Below are positions 63,696-64,000 of a stretch of DNA of 64,000 nucleotides, one piece after another. The position numbers were made by a program, and so were the translations under genes. Each line of letters starts with the position of its first letter. Position 1 is the stretch's first letter. The notes below the pieces were generated by a model, which did no database searches, had not been told where the DNA came from, and saw only the letters and a list, made by a program, of their open reading frames with translations. This DNA comes from Kondoa subrosea. Taxonomy: Eukaryota. The DNA is taken from NCBI GenBank assembly GCA_039545335.1, contig BCIN01000006.1:1116001-1180000 (forward strand), in the 5' to 3' direction.

Positions 63696-64000
63696 CTACC
63701 TACAAACGTTGCGTTGTGCCATTCTAGCCATGACTTGCTGTCGTAACGCATCTTCAGTTGCTTGATCCACCTGATCATCCTCTTCTCCGTCATAATACAG
63801 ATCAACATCTTCTGCCTCTTCCTTCTCCTCTTCTAGTCTAGCTATTAGTGCTGCTCTCTTTTCTGGACTGAACGAAACGCCAACAGGCGGCGAAGAAGGG
63901 CTGTTTTGTAACTTCTCGATAGCCAGACGCTTCCGAATTCTAGCGGCTATATCTGGATTCTGGCTGGCAACAACGACTGGTGGTACTGGAACAGAGGCAG
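63696..64000 (-). CDS. 3' end of an unidentified gene entering from beyond the window
   Basis: Open frame ..IAARIRKRLAIEKLQ..RAALIARLEEEKEE..LRQQVMARMAQRNVCR*. Confidence 0.6.
   Translation of the reverse strand, partial: ASVPVPPVVVASQNPDIAARIRKRLAIEKLQNSPSSPPVGVSFSPEKRAALIARLEEEKEEAEDVDLYYDGEEDDQVDQATEDALRQQVMARMAQRNVCR

Noticed and set aside
1..64000. Autonomous transposon, Starship captain, rRNA or biosynthetic gene cluster
   Set aside because: No transposase, RT, integrase, tyrosine recombinase, rRNA or PKS/NRPS motifs recognised

Overview
Gene-dense, intron-rich eukaryotic DNA with short GT-AG introns. It is a fungus, very probably a basidiomycete; Pucciniomycotina is a guess from the MATH/BTB family and gene style. 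About 33 protein genes or gene fragments and one tRNA-Val(CAC) can be supported. Housekeeping genes include NHX1, OXA1, UBE2S, Fpg/MutM, an LTE1-like RasGEF, UBP6, forkhead and MADS-box factors, SOD2, APC11, SmD3 and uS11m. There are also CAZymes (GH26, two GH55, GT34) and several orphan or decayed ORFs. The most striking unexplained structure is local rearrangement. Two orphan/pseudogene inserts (about 1.3 and 2.1 kb) are each bracketed by a diverged 95-140 bp direct duplication of the neighbouring gene's 3' end. One GH55 gene is bracketed by an inverted repeat with a 36-bp perfect core. Other leads are a tRNA with a compensated U53-A61 pair, an intronless papain-fold-like orphan and an intronless bacterial-like alpha/beta hydrolase. 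Exon boundaries were read by eye and are approximate; no searches were run.
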